Below, piece after piece: positions 25,501 to 34,540 of a stretch of DNA of 40,861 bases; within the stretch, counting starts at the first letter, position 1, and the number at the start of each line of letters is the position of its first letter. The position numbers were made by a program, and so were the translations under genes. Origin of the DNA: a virus. Taxonomy: Duplodnaviria; Caudoviricetes. Location: IMG/VR virus record IMGVR_UViG_3300005573_000159, positions 1-40,861 of that record. One strand, given 5' to 3'. Under the pieces are notes generated by a model that saw only the letters and a program-made list of their open reading frames with translations, searched no databases and had not been told where the DNA came from.

Positions 25501-26114
25501 TTGGAGATTTTCGGATGGTGCAGTTCCGGAATTTCCTTTAAAAGGATATCCTTTATAACATTCTTATCTGTTGTTTTTGCCAATTCTTTCAAGGTCTCTC
25601 TTCGAAGCAGAATTTTGCCCGCCCTTCCTTCTCCTAAGGGCACATAAGCGTCCACGGCGGTGAATCCTAAAAACGCCAATGAACCCAATTTGTCTCCCCA
25701 TTGTTCCCCAAAGGTCTTTCTTCCCCATTCTTTATATTTCGCCCATTCCATTTCAAGAGGAGATAAAGATTCTTCTCCGAACAAAAACCTTCCAACAACA
25801 CCCAATTCCTCTGGTCTATATTCCCTGCCTGCTCCAATCAAACCTATTTTCGCTCCCAGCCTTAAAGTAGGTCTTATTGTCCAATCCATAACAATATCTA
25901 ATGGAGATTTCGATTTCACTGCCTCCTCACCCAAAAACCATTTTTCTATTCCAGCTTGGGGAACAAACGTTTCTTCCTTGCCCGTAATTTTACTTTTTAA
26001 CCACAAAAACGCACCAGCTCCTTCTCTAGCAATTCCCTGAACCAAGGAGTGAACCATGTCTCCGACAACACTTCCTATCTTTTTTGCTTTGTTTATGAGA
26101 TTTTCCTGTTCCAT
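22527..26114 (-). CDS. Large internal virion/DNA ejection protein
   Basis: 1195 aa helical; NMLSGPATHFRN and PFIRTPIDV motifs; podophage ejection-gene position. Confidence 0.6.
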   Translation of the reverse strand: MEQENLINKAKKIGSVVGDMVHSLVQGIAREGAGAFLWLKSKITGKEETFVPQAGIEKWFLGEEAVKSKSPLDIVMDWTIRPTLRLGAKIGLIGAGREYRPEELGVVGRFLFGEESLSPLEMEWAKYKEWGRKTFGEQWGDKLGSLAFLGFTAVDAYVPLGEGRAGKILLRRETLKELAKTTDKNVIKDILLKEIPELHHPKISKYVDDIAESLVNVNKPGMIRKTLQSKFDAIGKELGVDLKQIRKEMKELKAGIFVEEPMEKPQTVAETAAEGAKEPPIPPRPPKNPPLDDLPFRPEINENGRKLRLRGFFKNLWENNPAFRERFQNHLDELSVYYTPLKNREVIERAIAEFSQYETLEEAYRKVGLRWQKYLPRDPARQAIELVKMILLSESYWEAGNKVRAMQLMEDVIHHYGIAGYTLQTARQVAKIFGTSPAFRATWGANKFVDVVREMAEKRNIALSEEFLKDIKEKARNIFANIDNPKKQEEALMRLIEKEIAPQLPLTFREKLDIFRYGNMLSGPATHFRNAIFNASQLINRNVFVLPTQAIIEWMRHPWNAAEREITFSDIKAGWKKTLGSATLAFQTFWKILKEGAGSSEKFMDLAKKDPEMFETMINYARYKNSVPAFLKIHQGILNAMEASDKFFSTLIAAGEEARLRSMYERKGIKITPQVEKEIMERAQEIAEDYLVRRPLGFKREELSYASQALDALGEKLMNTRDRLLNGKTRGERMLGYGLAMVVPFIRTPIDVGIAMLEHSPLGFARDNYTSEKLTQAILGTMAMGTAAIWAFNGRTTWLPPSDPKERALFYEHRRPMSINIMGYDIPLLYFGPYGLAMAIPAAIQWALTERQPKWSAGLDETLAAISFATARFLLSQTSLTGLMAWGKVLSGEEDYSVSGILGGTLGQYIPLTSFLRTISKFVDPVYRKTGQDFWGPIKENLSFLRQTLEAYENAGGEADYNRWQVFAPYPISQTSMPLSLALKELEIDRRRRKAWRLYAEGKMKLEDIEKWVDWTRLGIGGKIKKFLTGKEPEEAETVLTERDIEEGMKIMRALRDYHFEDLNAKNAALRFAEIFLELLAKNNRDEEFKQIWQELPDDYKEKILEIRKERKEAEELPISIPYGIEDLRVDERAKFLYKYFKDIVPKLSDDKIDLLVQILRERKILTDAVEKEFIKFHEMMKKEGAKLTTPGIKQ

Positions 26115-28070
26115 TTATTTTTTGAACTCTTTTAAGATATCACTTATATTTTTTGTCGTTCCTTTTGTTTTTTCTGCTTGCGCTTTCGCCTTTTCCTTTT
26201 GATATGGATACAAGCCTGCTGCCCTTGCCTCTCTTGCCCTTTGTATCTGGAGCTGTTGCAAAATCCTTTGCCTATTCAACTCCTTTTCTTGGGCAATCCT
26301 CTGCGAGTATTGTATCCAGAAGTTCAATTCATCCAAATCCAAACCAGAGTAAAGCGGACTCATCGGATCAACTAATTTCGCCAAATAATCGGGGCTGGCG
26401 GTATGCAAGGTGCCCATTTTGGCTGCTTGCTCTATTGTCTTTCTGTTCTTGTCCTGTACATATTTTATAATCTGCCATTCCTGTCCCAAAATGTTTTTGA
26501 CATAATTCTCTTCGAATTCTTTTATCCTCAACTCCCTGTCCAGCATCTTTTCCAAATCCTCCCTGTCCCATCTTGTATAGGTCATCAATTTATCCAGCAT
26601 TTGCTCCTTTTCATGCAATAAATCCACTAAGGCATCGTATTGATTTTTTAGAATTCCCTGCCTGAAATTCAGGACTTCGGCAACCTGGCTTTCCGTCACT
26701 AATCCTCCCACCGCTGCTGCCTCCCTCATGATATCATCCTTTGTTTGGGTCATTATCCTTTCTATGTTCCTTATGGCTGCCATCGTCTCAGGAATTCCCA
26801 GTTGGTTCATCAAAGTTTCATATTGCTGCCTATAGGTATTGACATTAGAGAGTTGAAGATACCGATTGTAATGTTCGTCTATTGCTCTCAAGTTCTCCTC
26901 CAATGTCTGGTGAATTAACTGGAGTATTGACTGCTCGCTCAATATTGGCTGTGGCTGTGGTTGTTGAAGGCTTTCTCTTGCCCTTTGGTTTATCTCGTCA
27001 GCGGAGGTGAATTTCTGTCCCAACAAGGCTGGCTGTTTCAATTCTTTCTGAACAACAGGTATTCTTATCTCTTTCCCGGTAATAATCAAATCCCTGCTTT
27101 TGATCGCGTCAGTTTTGTCCCTGTTCAATCTCAAGATGTCCTCGACGGAGACTCCGTATTGTTGGGCAATCTTGGTCAATGTTTCTCCCGGCTGTATCAC
27201 GTGCCCAAAGAAAGGAGTGGAACCTCCCAAGGGGTCCTTGTAAATCTGCACCTCGGCTCCAGGAGGAACATTGGTAACTATCTGAGGTGCGGGTTGTGTA
27301 GTTTGTTGTAATAAAGTGAACAAATCTTGAACAAACGGGATTTGTGTAATGTCAACTTGAGAAGTTGTGTCTTTTTCCGGTTGGGGCTGGGTTCCAGTCG
27401 TAATTTGTTCTTGGGCGGTTCTGCCCTTTGTTTGCGCCTGTTTTGTTTGTTGCAACTCCATCTGGGTTGTCAAATATGCCTGAGCGCCCAAAAGTTGCTG
27501 AGGAGTTGCCCTTGTCATACCTGCAGTTGGCGGAGGAGCAACAACAACAGGAGTGGATGCTGGAAAGGTCATCCCTGGTATTGGCCCTACCTTAGCTTTT
27601 GTCAAATCGATTGTTACATCCTTGGGTTTTGTGGCCATTACGGCCTCCCATTTTTTTGACAAAGACTGTTCTTTCTCCTTTGTAGGAGTTGGTTTTTGCC
27701 TTAATTTTTCTTCGATTTGGGAAACAGTAGGAACCAAAATAGAAGGCCCAAATCTTGAAGCAACCATAGGTTCAAAAACTCCAGGAGGTAATGTTGGTTT
27801 GGTAGTTGGCGGTGGAGTTCCTCCTCCAACTCTCGGAGCGGCACTTGTTGCATACGTCATAAAAGCTTGATGAATTGTGGCGGTTGGCCTTACTTGTTGG
27901 GCCCTTACCAATGCGGTAGCCAATCCCTTTAAGAAATCCTTGATTGCGCTCTCAAGCCTTTGGTAAATTCCCGAGACAGAAGTAGAAGTAGTAGGAGCAA
28001 TAGCTGGAGTTGTCGTCCTTGTCGGTTGTGTCCTTATTGTCGGCTGTGGTTTTATCTGTATTTGGGGCAT
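26115..28070 (-). CDS. LysM-containing virion/ejection protein
   Basis: HVIQPGETLTKIAQQYGVSVEDILRLN..LIITGKEIRIP; Pro/Thr-rich N-terminus, coiled-coil C-terminus. Confidence 0.78.
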   Translation of the reverse strand: MPQIQIKPQPTIRTQPTRTTTPAIAPTTSTSVSGIYQRLESAIKDFLKGLATALVRAQQVRPTATIHQAFMTYATSAAPRVGGGTPPPTTKPTLPPGVFEPMVASRFGPSILVPTVSQIEEKLRQKPTPTKEKEQSLSKKWEAVMATKPKDVTIDLTKAKVGPIPGMTFPASTPVVVAPPPTAGMTRATPQQLLGAQAYLTTQMELQQTKQAQTKGRTAQEQITTGTQPQPEKDTTSQVDITQIPFVQDLFTLLQQTTQPAPQIVTNVPPGAEVQIYKDPLGGSTPFFGHVIQPGETLTKIAQQYGVSVEDILRLNRDKTDAIKSRDLIITGKEIRIPVVQKELKQPALLGQKFTSADEINQRARESLQQPQPQPILSEQSILQLIHQTLEENLRAIDEHYNRYLQLSNVNTYRQQYETLMNQLGIPETMAAIRNIERIMTQTKDDIMREAAAVGGLVTESQVAEVLNFRQGILKNQYDALVDLLHEKEQMLDKLMTYTRWDREDLEKMLDRELRIKEFEENYVKNILGQEWQIIKYVQDKNRKTIEQAAKMGTLHTASPDYLAKLVDPMSPLYSGLDLDELNFWIQYSQRIAQEKELNRQRILQQLQIQRAREARAAGLYPYQKEKAKAQAEKTKGTTKNISDILKEFKK

Positions 28071-28071
28071 A

Positions 28072-29631
28072 TTACGTGAGCGGTGAGTAGTAAATGATGA
28101 CTCGTTTAAGTCCTCCCCTGAAGGAACCGTCCGTGGTGATTGAAACCCTGACCTCGAGCCTGTTGCCGATCAGGCCCACGGTGTCAAAAATGTGATAATT
28201 GTCCATTTTGTTGCTATCAATCGTAAGTGTCTGTTCATTGAAAGTTGTTTGTCCCTGGTATTCATCTATGGCCCTCAACAGGATGTCAATTTTGTTCGTC
28301 CCTGTCGGCTTGTTCCCGTAAAAGACGTCAACCCTATTTATCATAACCCTCTTGAAGAAATTAATGATGTTGCTGTAATAGCTTGGCACCGGTATCTGCG
28401 AGAAGCTGTTCACCCCGTTGTTTGCTTCGTATGAGTTCATCCCCTCGTTCGGCAAAACTAACCTGTGGTAGATCTTGTCCGCTTCATTTGAATTATAAAA
28501 CACCCTGAGGTTCTTGGAAAGGTCCAGGACGCTCCAGACACCGTAAATCGTATTTGTCAAATCTAAAGCGTACAAGGCCATTGTTTCCTTTTCGAAGAGG
28601 TTGTACAGGATCAAGCAGTTGATGCTTAAATCCTTAATGACAGCAGGAAAAATTATTAAGTTCCCATACGAAGTTATGCGGTATTGTGGCAAGAATGTCT
28701 CGTTGATAACTATGTTCGGCAAAACATCAATCAGTCTCAGGGTATAGCCCGCAAGCTCGTAAATATACGTAGAATTTCCGTATCTCACGAAAATGAAGAA
28801 GGCACCACCATAGACTACGCTTCCGGAATAAATACCTGGCAATCTGATGATGTGGAATGGCCTGTTCTGGTATGAGCCGTCCCATAAAAACATATACTGC
28901 TCCGTAAAAACATTAGCATCGTTGGCAATTACTACCAGAAACCTGTTGTTGTTGTTGACGATATCCTGAATGTCCTTGTTCTGTCCGATGTCTAAGCTCC
29001 CTATCTGACTAAGTGAAGTATTATAAACCTTTATCAGGTTCCTGTATGCGTTCTCGCTTGCCGCCTTGTCAGCCACATAGAAGTAAACATTGAATGTCAG
29101 GCCGAATTTGGGAGAGACAAATCCACTTGTTGTGTCCCAAGTTGTTCCTGTTGATGTCTCTGAAATTGAATAAATGTTTGTTTGTGATGGATTAATAAAG
29201 AAAATTTTTCCAATAAATTTTGCCAATGTGGTTTCATTTTGGAAGGTTGTTAATGTTGCTGGTTGCCCGAAATTCCTTGCCACTCCTGTCTGCGATAGGG
29301 CGAAAACTTTTCCTGTTGATGTAGCGATGTAGATTATCCTGTTGTCATTGGCATTCGATGGCGTCATATAGGCAGTTGGATATCCGCTTCCGGATGGCAG
29401 GCTGATTGCCGTTGATGGCAAATGAGATAAAAGAGGATACGGCTTGTCTCCATAGTCCAAAAAGGAAGGATTGTCTGCAAATTTAAAAAGATAGGTTGGC
29501 GACAAAACCAACCTGTGCAATAAATCGCTATCGAAGGAAACCTCCCTTTTCACGAAACTTGACTTGCTGAAATTGTCAAGGACAAGAACCCCGAATTCTG
29601 ATTTTGTTGTCTTTTTTCTCCCCTTTGGCAT
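28072..29631 (-). CDS. Probable tail nozzle/DNA-stabilisation beta-propeller protein
   Basis: About 520 aa beta-rich, upstream of ejection genes; likely start MPKGRKK at 29631. Confidence 0.55.
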   Translation of the reverse strand: MPKGRKKTTKSEFGVLVLDNFSKSSFVKREVSFDSDLLHRLVLSPTYLFKFADNPSFLDYGDKPYPLLSHLPSTAISLPSGSGYPTAYMTPSNANDNRIIYIATSTGKVFALSQTGVARNFGQPATLTTFQNETTLAKFIGKIFFINPSQTNIYSISETSTGTTWDTTSGFVSPKFGLTFNVYFYVADKAASENAYRNLIKVYNTSLSQIGSLDIGQNKDIQDIVNNNNRFLVVIANDANVFTEQYMFLWDGSYQNRPFHIIRLPGIYSGSVVYGGAFFIFVRYGNSTYIYELAGYTLRLIDVLPNIVINETFLPQYRITSYGNLIIFPAVIKDLSINCLILYNLFEKETMALYALDLTNTIYGVWSVLDLSKNLRVFYNSNEADKIYHRLVLPNEGMNSYEANNGVNSFSQIPVPSYYSNIINFFKRVMINRVDVFYGNKPTGTNKIDILLRAIDEYQGQTTFNEQTLTIDSNKMDNYHIFDTVGLIGNRLEVRVSITTDGSFRGGLKRVIIYYSPLT

Positions 29632-29948
29632 TAATATTTGCACAAGACGTTAATCTGGCTGTTGTCGTCCGTTGTTGTTGACTGGATGTAAATCACCCCG
29701 TTGTCCGTGTATGCCCTCAAGAGCCCAACCGTTGTTCCTATGAATGTCCTATGCGTCGCTATCACCACCGACGTTGTTTTCACTCTTGGATCGTAAATGA
29801 CCGCTGAACCATTTTGTAATGTCACTATATATGCGCCAATATAAGTGCTATCTAAAACTGATAAATCCTCATAGTCCAAAGGGAAAGCGAGTCCTCCCCT
29901 CTGTTTGACCTCCTCCAATGTTGTTTTTTGCTTTATTTTCTCGTCCAT
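29631..29948 (-). CDS. Small virion protein
   Basis: VTLQNGSAVI..V.TTSVVIAT..IQSTTTDDNSQIN fibre-tip-like beta domain. Confidence 0.55.
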   Translation of the reverse strand: MDEKIKQKTTLEEVKQRGGLAFPLDYEDLSVLDSTYIGAYIVTLQNGSAVIYDPRVKTTSVVIATHRTFIGTTVGLLRAYTDNGVIYIQSTTTDDNSQINVLCKY

Positions 29949-29950
29949 TT

Positions 29951-30208
29951 TTAATATTTCCGGTTAATTTTCGCCTCTAATCTGCTAATCCTCTCTGTTA
30001 ATTCTATGACAATGTCCTCCAGTCTTTCCACCCTATTTTCCAATGACTTCAAATGGTTCTCCTCGATTTCCTGGATTTTCTTGCCCAAATCACCACCATT
30101 CTTGTTTTTTGCAATTTCAGCCATTTTGGATAAAACAAAATATAAGGCTATCAAGATTGCTGTTCCTCCTCCATATTGAACTGCTAATTTTAATAATTCT
30201 TGTTCCAT
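29951..30208 (-). CDS. Small membrane protein with coiled coil (holin/hemolysin-like)
   Basis: N-terminal TM, NHL..LE.RVERLE..ERISRLEAKIN. Confidence 0.6.
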   Translation of the reverse strand: MEQELLKLAVQYGGGTAILIALYFVLSKMAEIAKNKNGGDLGKKIQEIEENHLKSLENRVERLEDIVIELTERISRLEAKINRKY

Positions 30209-30209
30209 T

Positions 30210-31112
30210 TCATCTTATAAAAATTAATCGACGCCTTGTTCCGATAAATACAAGTTCCTCTGTCCCAACGCTTGTTGTTGGTTCTGGAGAAGTGTATTTG
30301 CGAACAAAAATCCAATCAAACTTTCCTCCATTTTGAGCTCTGAGTCTTATGTAACCTTGAGAAAAATAAGACCATGTTTGAGTAACAGTACCTAAAGTTG
30401 GATTGGACGTTCCCACAGTAGAATCAACTATCCAAGATTGCACAACATAATAAGTATTTAAACTTCCTGCAACGCTTCCACTAATATGAGTCTCACTACC
30501 CCCAACATATTTTTGAAGCTGTATCCCCTCTGAAGCATAAGTACTAATTCTGCCATTGTAATAGTTATTAGAATCAACATACCTAAAATTGGTATCTAAA
30601 TCGTAGTCAGAAGTTATCATTCTTCTATCTTTCACCATTATGTTTCCTGAAAAAGATGTAGAACTTATCACGTAGCCCCCCGCACCCAGTATCAATTCTC
30701 CATTGGAAACGGAAGCTCCGCTAGATGAAGACCATTTAGCTGGATTTAAGCTTGATCCTGTAAAATCGTCAAAAAAATCAAAAGTATTATCTCCGTTACT
30801 TAAGCTTGTTGCATTTGGATTTCCATAATAAACATAAATTGTTTTTGTTGAGTTTGCAGGAATTGAAGGAACTTTTACCCATATATAAGTTGAACTTGTA
30901 TTTATTCCACTTTCTACCCAATAATTTAACAAAGTTGTTCCATCACTATCAGTAAATCTTATATCTCCCCCATCACTTCTCATTTTCCCAGCAGAAATCA
31001 AAGAAGCAGTATCTAAAGTAGTCAAAATTTGATAATTCGTCAAAGAACTTGAATTATTTGAATTATTAATCGTAATCGGTCTTCTATATCGCCAACCAGC
31101 AAGCACACCCAT
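30210..31112 (-). CDS. DUF2341-domain virion protein
   Basis: WRYRRPITI, DGGDIRFTDSDG..LNYWVE, IWVKVPSIP..IYVYYGNP, FDFFDDF, DWIFVRKY. Confidence 0.8.
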   Translation of the reverse strand: MGVLAGWRYRRPITINNSNNSSSLTNYQILTTLDTASLISAGKMRSDGGDIRFTDSDGTTLLNYWVESGINTSSTYIWVKVPSIPANSTKTIYVYYGNPNATSLSNGDNTFDFFDDFTGSSLNPAKWSSSSGASVSNGELILGAGGYVISSTSFSGNIMVKDRRMITSDYDLDTNFRYVDSNNYYNGRISTYASEGIQLQKYVGGSETHISGSVAGSLNTYYVVQSWIVDSTVGTSNPTLGTVTQTWSYFSQGYIRLRAQNGGKFDWIFVRKYTSPEPTTSVGTEELVFIGTRRRLIFIR

Positions 31113-31687
31113 TATACCTCATTTGTATATGACACCAAGGCTTTGCTTGTTGTCACATACTTAATGATAATTTCCATTGTTTTATTAGCAGTTGTAGAAG
31201 TTGGCAGGGCTTCGCCAATCCCAATATAATGAGTTCCCCAGGATATTGATTGCGCCGTCCCATTATCGGTTATGTAAATCACAAAAGTATCTCCAACAGA
31301 AGGATTATTCGCATTATTAATTGTTATCGCATTTGCCAAAGCAGTCACATAATACTCGTCATATTGAGATTTGTCAGGAGTAATCGATGATGGAGAAGGT
31401 GCTGTTGATTGCCTTGGTAAAATTCTTTTGTTTGATAATGTTTGAGTATCTGTTGTTCCAACAACATCTCCTGAAGGTGGAGTTTTTGTGGAATAAACAT
31501 CTAAATTGGAACTTCTTGGCTGATAATTCCCTATTGGCTGGTAAATTGTATCAAAAAATGATTTCAAGGCAGACTTAATAGAAGCCCAAGTAATTTTCTT
31601 GGTTACTAAATTTGTCATGTCAACAATCAGCTGAACATCACTATCTTGAGGATTTGTGTATGATGGCAATTGTGATATCTTAGGCAT
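31112..31687 (-). CDS. Tail fibre-like protein
   Basis: KISQLP..TKKIT N-terminus, VGTTDTQTLSNK motif. Confidence 0.6.
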   Translation of the reverse strand: MPKISQLPSYTNPQDSDVQLIVDMTNLVTKKITWASIKSALKSFFDTIYQPIGNYQPRSSNLDVYSTKTPPSGDVVGTTDTQTLSNKRILPRQSTAPSPSSITPDKSQYDEYYVTALANAITINNANNPSVGDTFVIYITDNGTAQSISWGTHYIGIGEALPTSTTANKTMEIIIKYVTTSKALVSYTNEV

Positions 31688-31949
31688 CCTGCCAAATGGT
31701 TGATGGTTTTGTCAAAGCGTCCGACCAAGACAAGTTTGTTTGCTGTTCCGTGATTAAATTGTCATTTGTTTCTGTCAATAAATTTTCTCCATTTTCTGTT
31801 ATTATCGTGTCCCACCAATTGAAGTCCTCCTCTCGCCAAACCGTTGATGATTTCGCCTCCTCAATCCAATTGGTTGTGATAATATTTTTTCTGAATGGGC
31901 TGTCCTTATAACTTCCTCCCAAAGGTTGTGATGAAATTGTTGTAATCAT
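31680..31949 (-). CDS. Small virion protein
   Basis: IITENGENLLTETNDNLITE repeat. Confidence 0.55.
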   Translation of the reverse strand: MITTISSQPLGGSYKDSPFRKNIITTNWIEEAKSSTVWREEDFNWWDTIITENGENLLTETNDNLITEQQTNLSWSDALTKPSTIWQDA

Positions 31950-31953
31950 TGTT

Positions 31954-33303
31954 TCACAAGCCGATAATCGCAGTTATCGGGACTATCAAGCCTATTCCGT
32001 CCGCTCCCTTGTATGTTGTGCCTCCTCCCCCATCCAAACCTCCAGAAACATTAAATGTCACATCCGTTCCAGTTTTCGTTCCCCTGTAAGCAATTAGAAC
32101 GCTTCCTCCTGCTCCTCCACCTCCATTTCCAGCTCCTCCAGAACCGGCAGAGCCATTAGAACCAGAGGCATTAATAGTGAAAGCTGAGGAGACGGTCAAG
32201 TTTCCGCCCACCAAAATTAGCAAACCTCCACCTCCTCTACCCCCACTACCAGGAGTTCCAACCAATGATGTACTGCTATCGTATCTTGTTCCTCCAGAAC
32301 CGCCACCTCCTGGCAATGGCAAAAACGCTCTTGGAACAAATGAAGAAGTCACAAAATAAGGGGCCCTTGAGTATCCACGAGCATAAAAAACATTATGCGC
32401 GCCTGTCGCTGAAACTACTAGAAAACCAAACTCTTCCCTATTAGGGCTATCGTTAACAGAGGAACTACCGCCAGAACCATGAAGGGGACCGAAATTACCA
32501 CGAGGACTAGAACCACTTACTGTTCCAACCCCTATTTTTACTACTCCACCGCCCATCAAAAACCATCCACTTCCAGCTGTTTCTCCTCCACCGCCTAGTC
32601 CTCCCAAATTCCTCAAATCAATCGTATTAGAAGCATTAGAGGTTAATTCACAATCTCCAGCGACTAAAAAAACAATCAAAGTTCCACTATTATGGGGATT
32701 AGTAAAGGTTAAATTAGCATTTCCTGTGATTTTCAAATTCCTGTATTTTTTTATGAAAACCTTGTTGCCTCCCAAATCAATTGTTGTTGTTCCTGCTGAG
32801 ATTATCAAATCCCCGTCACTTCCATCACCAAAGTTGTATTGCATGAAACTTCCCAGGTTTAAATTTATCCATTGGTTACTTGCGTCATCACTAATACCGG
32901 TAAAATTTAGGAAATTCAATCTTGCTCTTTGTCCTACCAATATCCCGTTACTGTAAACTTCAATCGTTTGTAAATCCTCATAGGTCTTCTTCGTTAACGT
33001 CAGCATCATCTTGTAGGTCTTTCCCGGCAGGTTGTGGTTCTGCGCCGTTGTCCCCTCCTGTCCCCTTAAAATCGTCAATTGGTCTCCTGATTTTGCGGTT
33101 ACTCTTACAATTTCCTTATATGGGTCATCTGATGGGTCCGAATAGTCCGTAGCATTCCACCAAACCAAGTTATATTGCCCCTCTGTTGCGGGATCCGGCA
33201 ACTTGTTCCCTTCGCCCAACGCCAATTGGATAGTAGTGGCAGTGCTGTCATAACCCTGATTGACAATCACTTTAGCAAAGTTTCTCACTGGATCGAAGGC
33301 CAT
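31954..33303 (-). CDS. Gly-rich tail fibre/spike protein
   Basis: EIVRVTAKSGDQLTILRGQEGT attachment motif; FGDGSDG; GGGG repeats. Confidence 0.7.
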   Translation of the reverse strand: MAFDPVRNFAKVIVNQGYDSTATTIQLALGEGNKLPDPATEGQYNLVWWNATDYSDPSDDPYKEIVRVTAKSGDQLTILRGQEGTTAQNHNLPGKTYKMMLTLTKKTYEDLQTIEVYSNGILVGQRARLNFLNFTGISDDASNQWINLNLGSFMQYNFGDGSDGDLIISAGTTTIDLGGNKVFIKKYRNLKITGNANLTFTNPHNSGTLIVFLVAGDCELTSNASNTIDLRNLGGLGGGGETAGSGWFLMGGGVVKIGVGTVSGSSPRGNFGPLHGSGGSSSVNDSPNREEFGFLVVSATGAHNVFYARGYSRAPYFVTSSFVPRAFLPLPGGGGSGGTRYDSSTSLVGTPGSGGRGGGGLLILVGGNLTVSSAFTINASGSNGSAGSGGAGNGGGGAGGSVLIAYRGTKTGTDVTFNVSGGLDGGGGTTYKGADGIGLIVPITAIIGL

Positions 33304-33309
33304 TTTTTA

Positions 33310-33984
33310 TCACAACCATCCTTGGTTAAAGTAATCGACTGTTTGAACCTTGATTGGTTCTATTGTTTCAACCCTCAAATCATCAATCATTTTCTGTATA
33401 AAAGCCTCATATAGTTCCAATTTTCTGTTTGCTTCCGGATGTCCTATTTCCTCAAAATACCTGAAGGCGTTCCCGTAAGCAAAAACCTCCCAATAGTTCT
33501 TCAGGATTGCCGGGAGTTCGTCAGACATTGAGGTGAATTCCGGTTGCCTTGGAATGTACCAAAGCCTTATGCCATTTACCTGGGTTGCTGTTGCTTGAGG
33601 GAAAAGAAAAATCTGTGAAGCAAACAGATCCATCAATGGCTTTGACTTTGGCTGAGATTGCAAAAGATTGTAAAACTCAAAGGGAAGATTTGCCAAGTCT
33701 GTCTGGTTGACCTTCACCCATTTGGTATTGTCCGTAGGATCGTCATAATTCACCTCCACCCTCAAGATTGTCAGCATATCAATTGGCAATTGGTAGTTTG
33801 GTTGCCCCACCATTAAATCGGTCTTTTTGACTGTCCCGAAAACCTCTATTTCCTCCTGAGCCAACCTTCTTTGGATGTCTAGATAGGTCTCATTTGTCAA
33901 ATCCAAAAGCCTTGCATCTGGCAATGTTACCGTTGTTGTATTTGTAAGCCTTCTTGTCTTATCAAAGATTTTTTGCAAGATCAT
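33310..33984 (-). CDS. Head-tail adaptor/connector protein (copy B)
   Basis: Same length (224 aa) and colinear with 92..766. Confidence 0.7.
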   Translation of the reverse strand: MILQKIFDKTRRLTNTTTVTLPDARLLDLTNETYLDIQRRLAQEEIEVFGTVKKTDLMVGQPNYQLPIDMLTILRVEVNYDDPTDNTKWVKVNQTDLANLPFEFYNLLQSQPKSKPLMDLFASQIFLFPQATATQVNGIRLWYIPRQPEFTSMSDELPAILKNYWEVFAYGNAFRYFEEIGHPEANRKLELYEAFIQKMIDDLRVETIEPIKVQTVDYFNQGWL

Positions 33985-34004
33985 ATTGAAAGGTTCTTAA
34001 TGTG

Positions 34005-34037
34005 AGGATGGGACGGGGAGCAACCCCACCCCATCCT
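34005..34037 (-). terminator. Stem-loop after the decoration gene
   Basis: AGGATGGG..GGGG-AGCAA-CCCC..CCCATCCT; weak U tail. Confidence 0.45.
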
Positions 34038-34042
34038 GAAAA

Positions 34043-34468
34043 TTAGGCATAGAAAGCGTCAACAGCAAAGGTGAAGGAAGGAGAGGTTCCTCCGATAACC
34101 CATTTGACCCTCCAAACATTGGAGACAAGAGAGGTTCCGAGAGAGTTGGCAGCAACTGTTCCATCGCCAACAGAAGAAGTAATTCTGTTGTCTGCCCCAA
34201 CAGAAAGATTAAGGTAATGTGGGTTTGTCAATGCCCCTGTGACTTGCGGAAAATGGGCAACATCAACAAAGGTGGAGCCACCATCTAGGGATTGTTGGAA
34301 GTAGACATCTAAAGTTGGAGAGGTTCCCGAAGCGGCTGTTACGCTCAATCTTATCAAAATATTTTCCATATCCATATCGTTGATGACGATTGCCCCGCTA
34401 TCCCCGCTTGATGTTCTTGCCGCTAAGGGAACCAAGTTTCGTGTTTTAAGCGGTCTTCTTAGGGCCAT
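34043..34468 (-). CDS. Probable capsid decoration/spike-base protein (copy B only)
   Basis: Beta-rich LSVTAASGTSPTLDVYFQQSLDGG..RVKWVIGGTSPSFTFAV; directly after MCP. Confidence 0.6.
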   Translation of the reverse strand: MALRRPLKTRNLVPLAARTSSGDSGAIVINDMDMENILIRLSVTAASGTSPTLDVYFQQSLDGGSTFVDVAHFPQVTGALTNPHYLNLSVGADNRITSSVGDGTVAANSLGTSLVSNVWRVKWVIGGTSPSFTFAVDAFYA

Positions 34469-34497
34469 TTTGGACAAAAAGAGTTAATTATGACCAT

Positions 34498-34540
34498 TAA
34501 AGGGGGGAACTGGCTCATCGCCAGCCCCCCCCCGATCAGA
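34498..34540 (-). terminator. Stem-loop after MCP (copy B)
   Basis: mRNA CUGAUC-G-run-CUGGC-GAUGA-GCCAG-UU-CCCCCC-UUUA. Confidence 0.5.

Noticed and set aside
14933-31112. Archaeal virus assignment from Hjc, Cas4 and DUF2341
   Set aside because: Peptidoglycan-binding domain, LysM, SLT enzyme and -35/-10 promoters point to a bacterial host.
18655-33303. Diversity-generating retroelement acting on tail genes
   Set aside because: No reverse transcriptase and no adenine-specific template/variable repeat pair seen.
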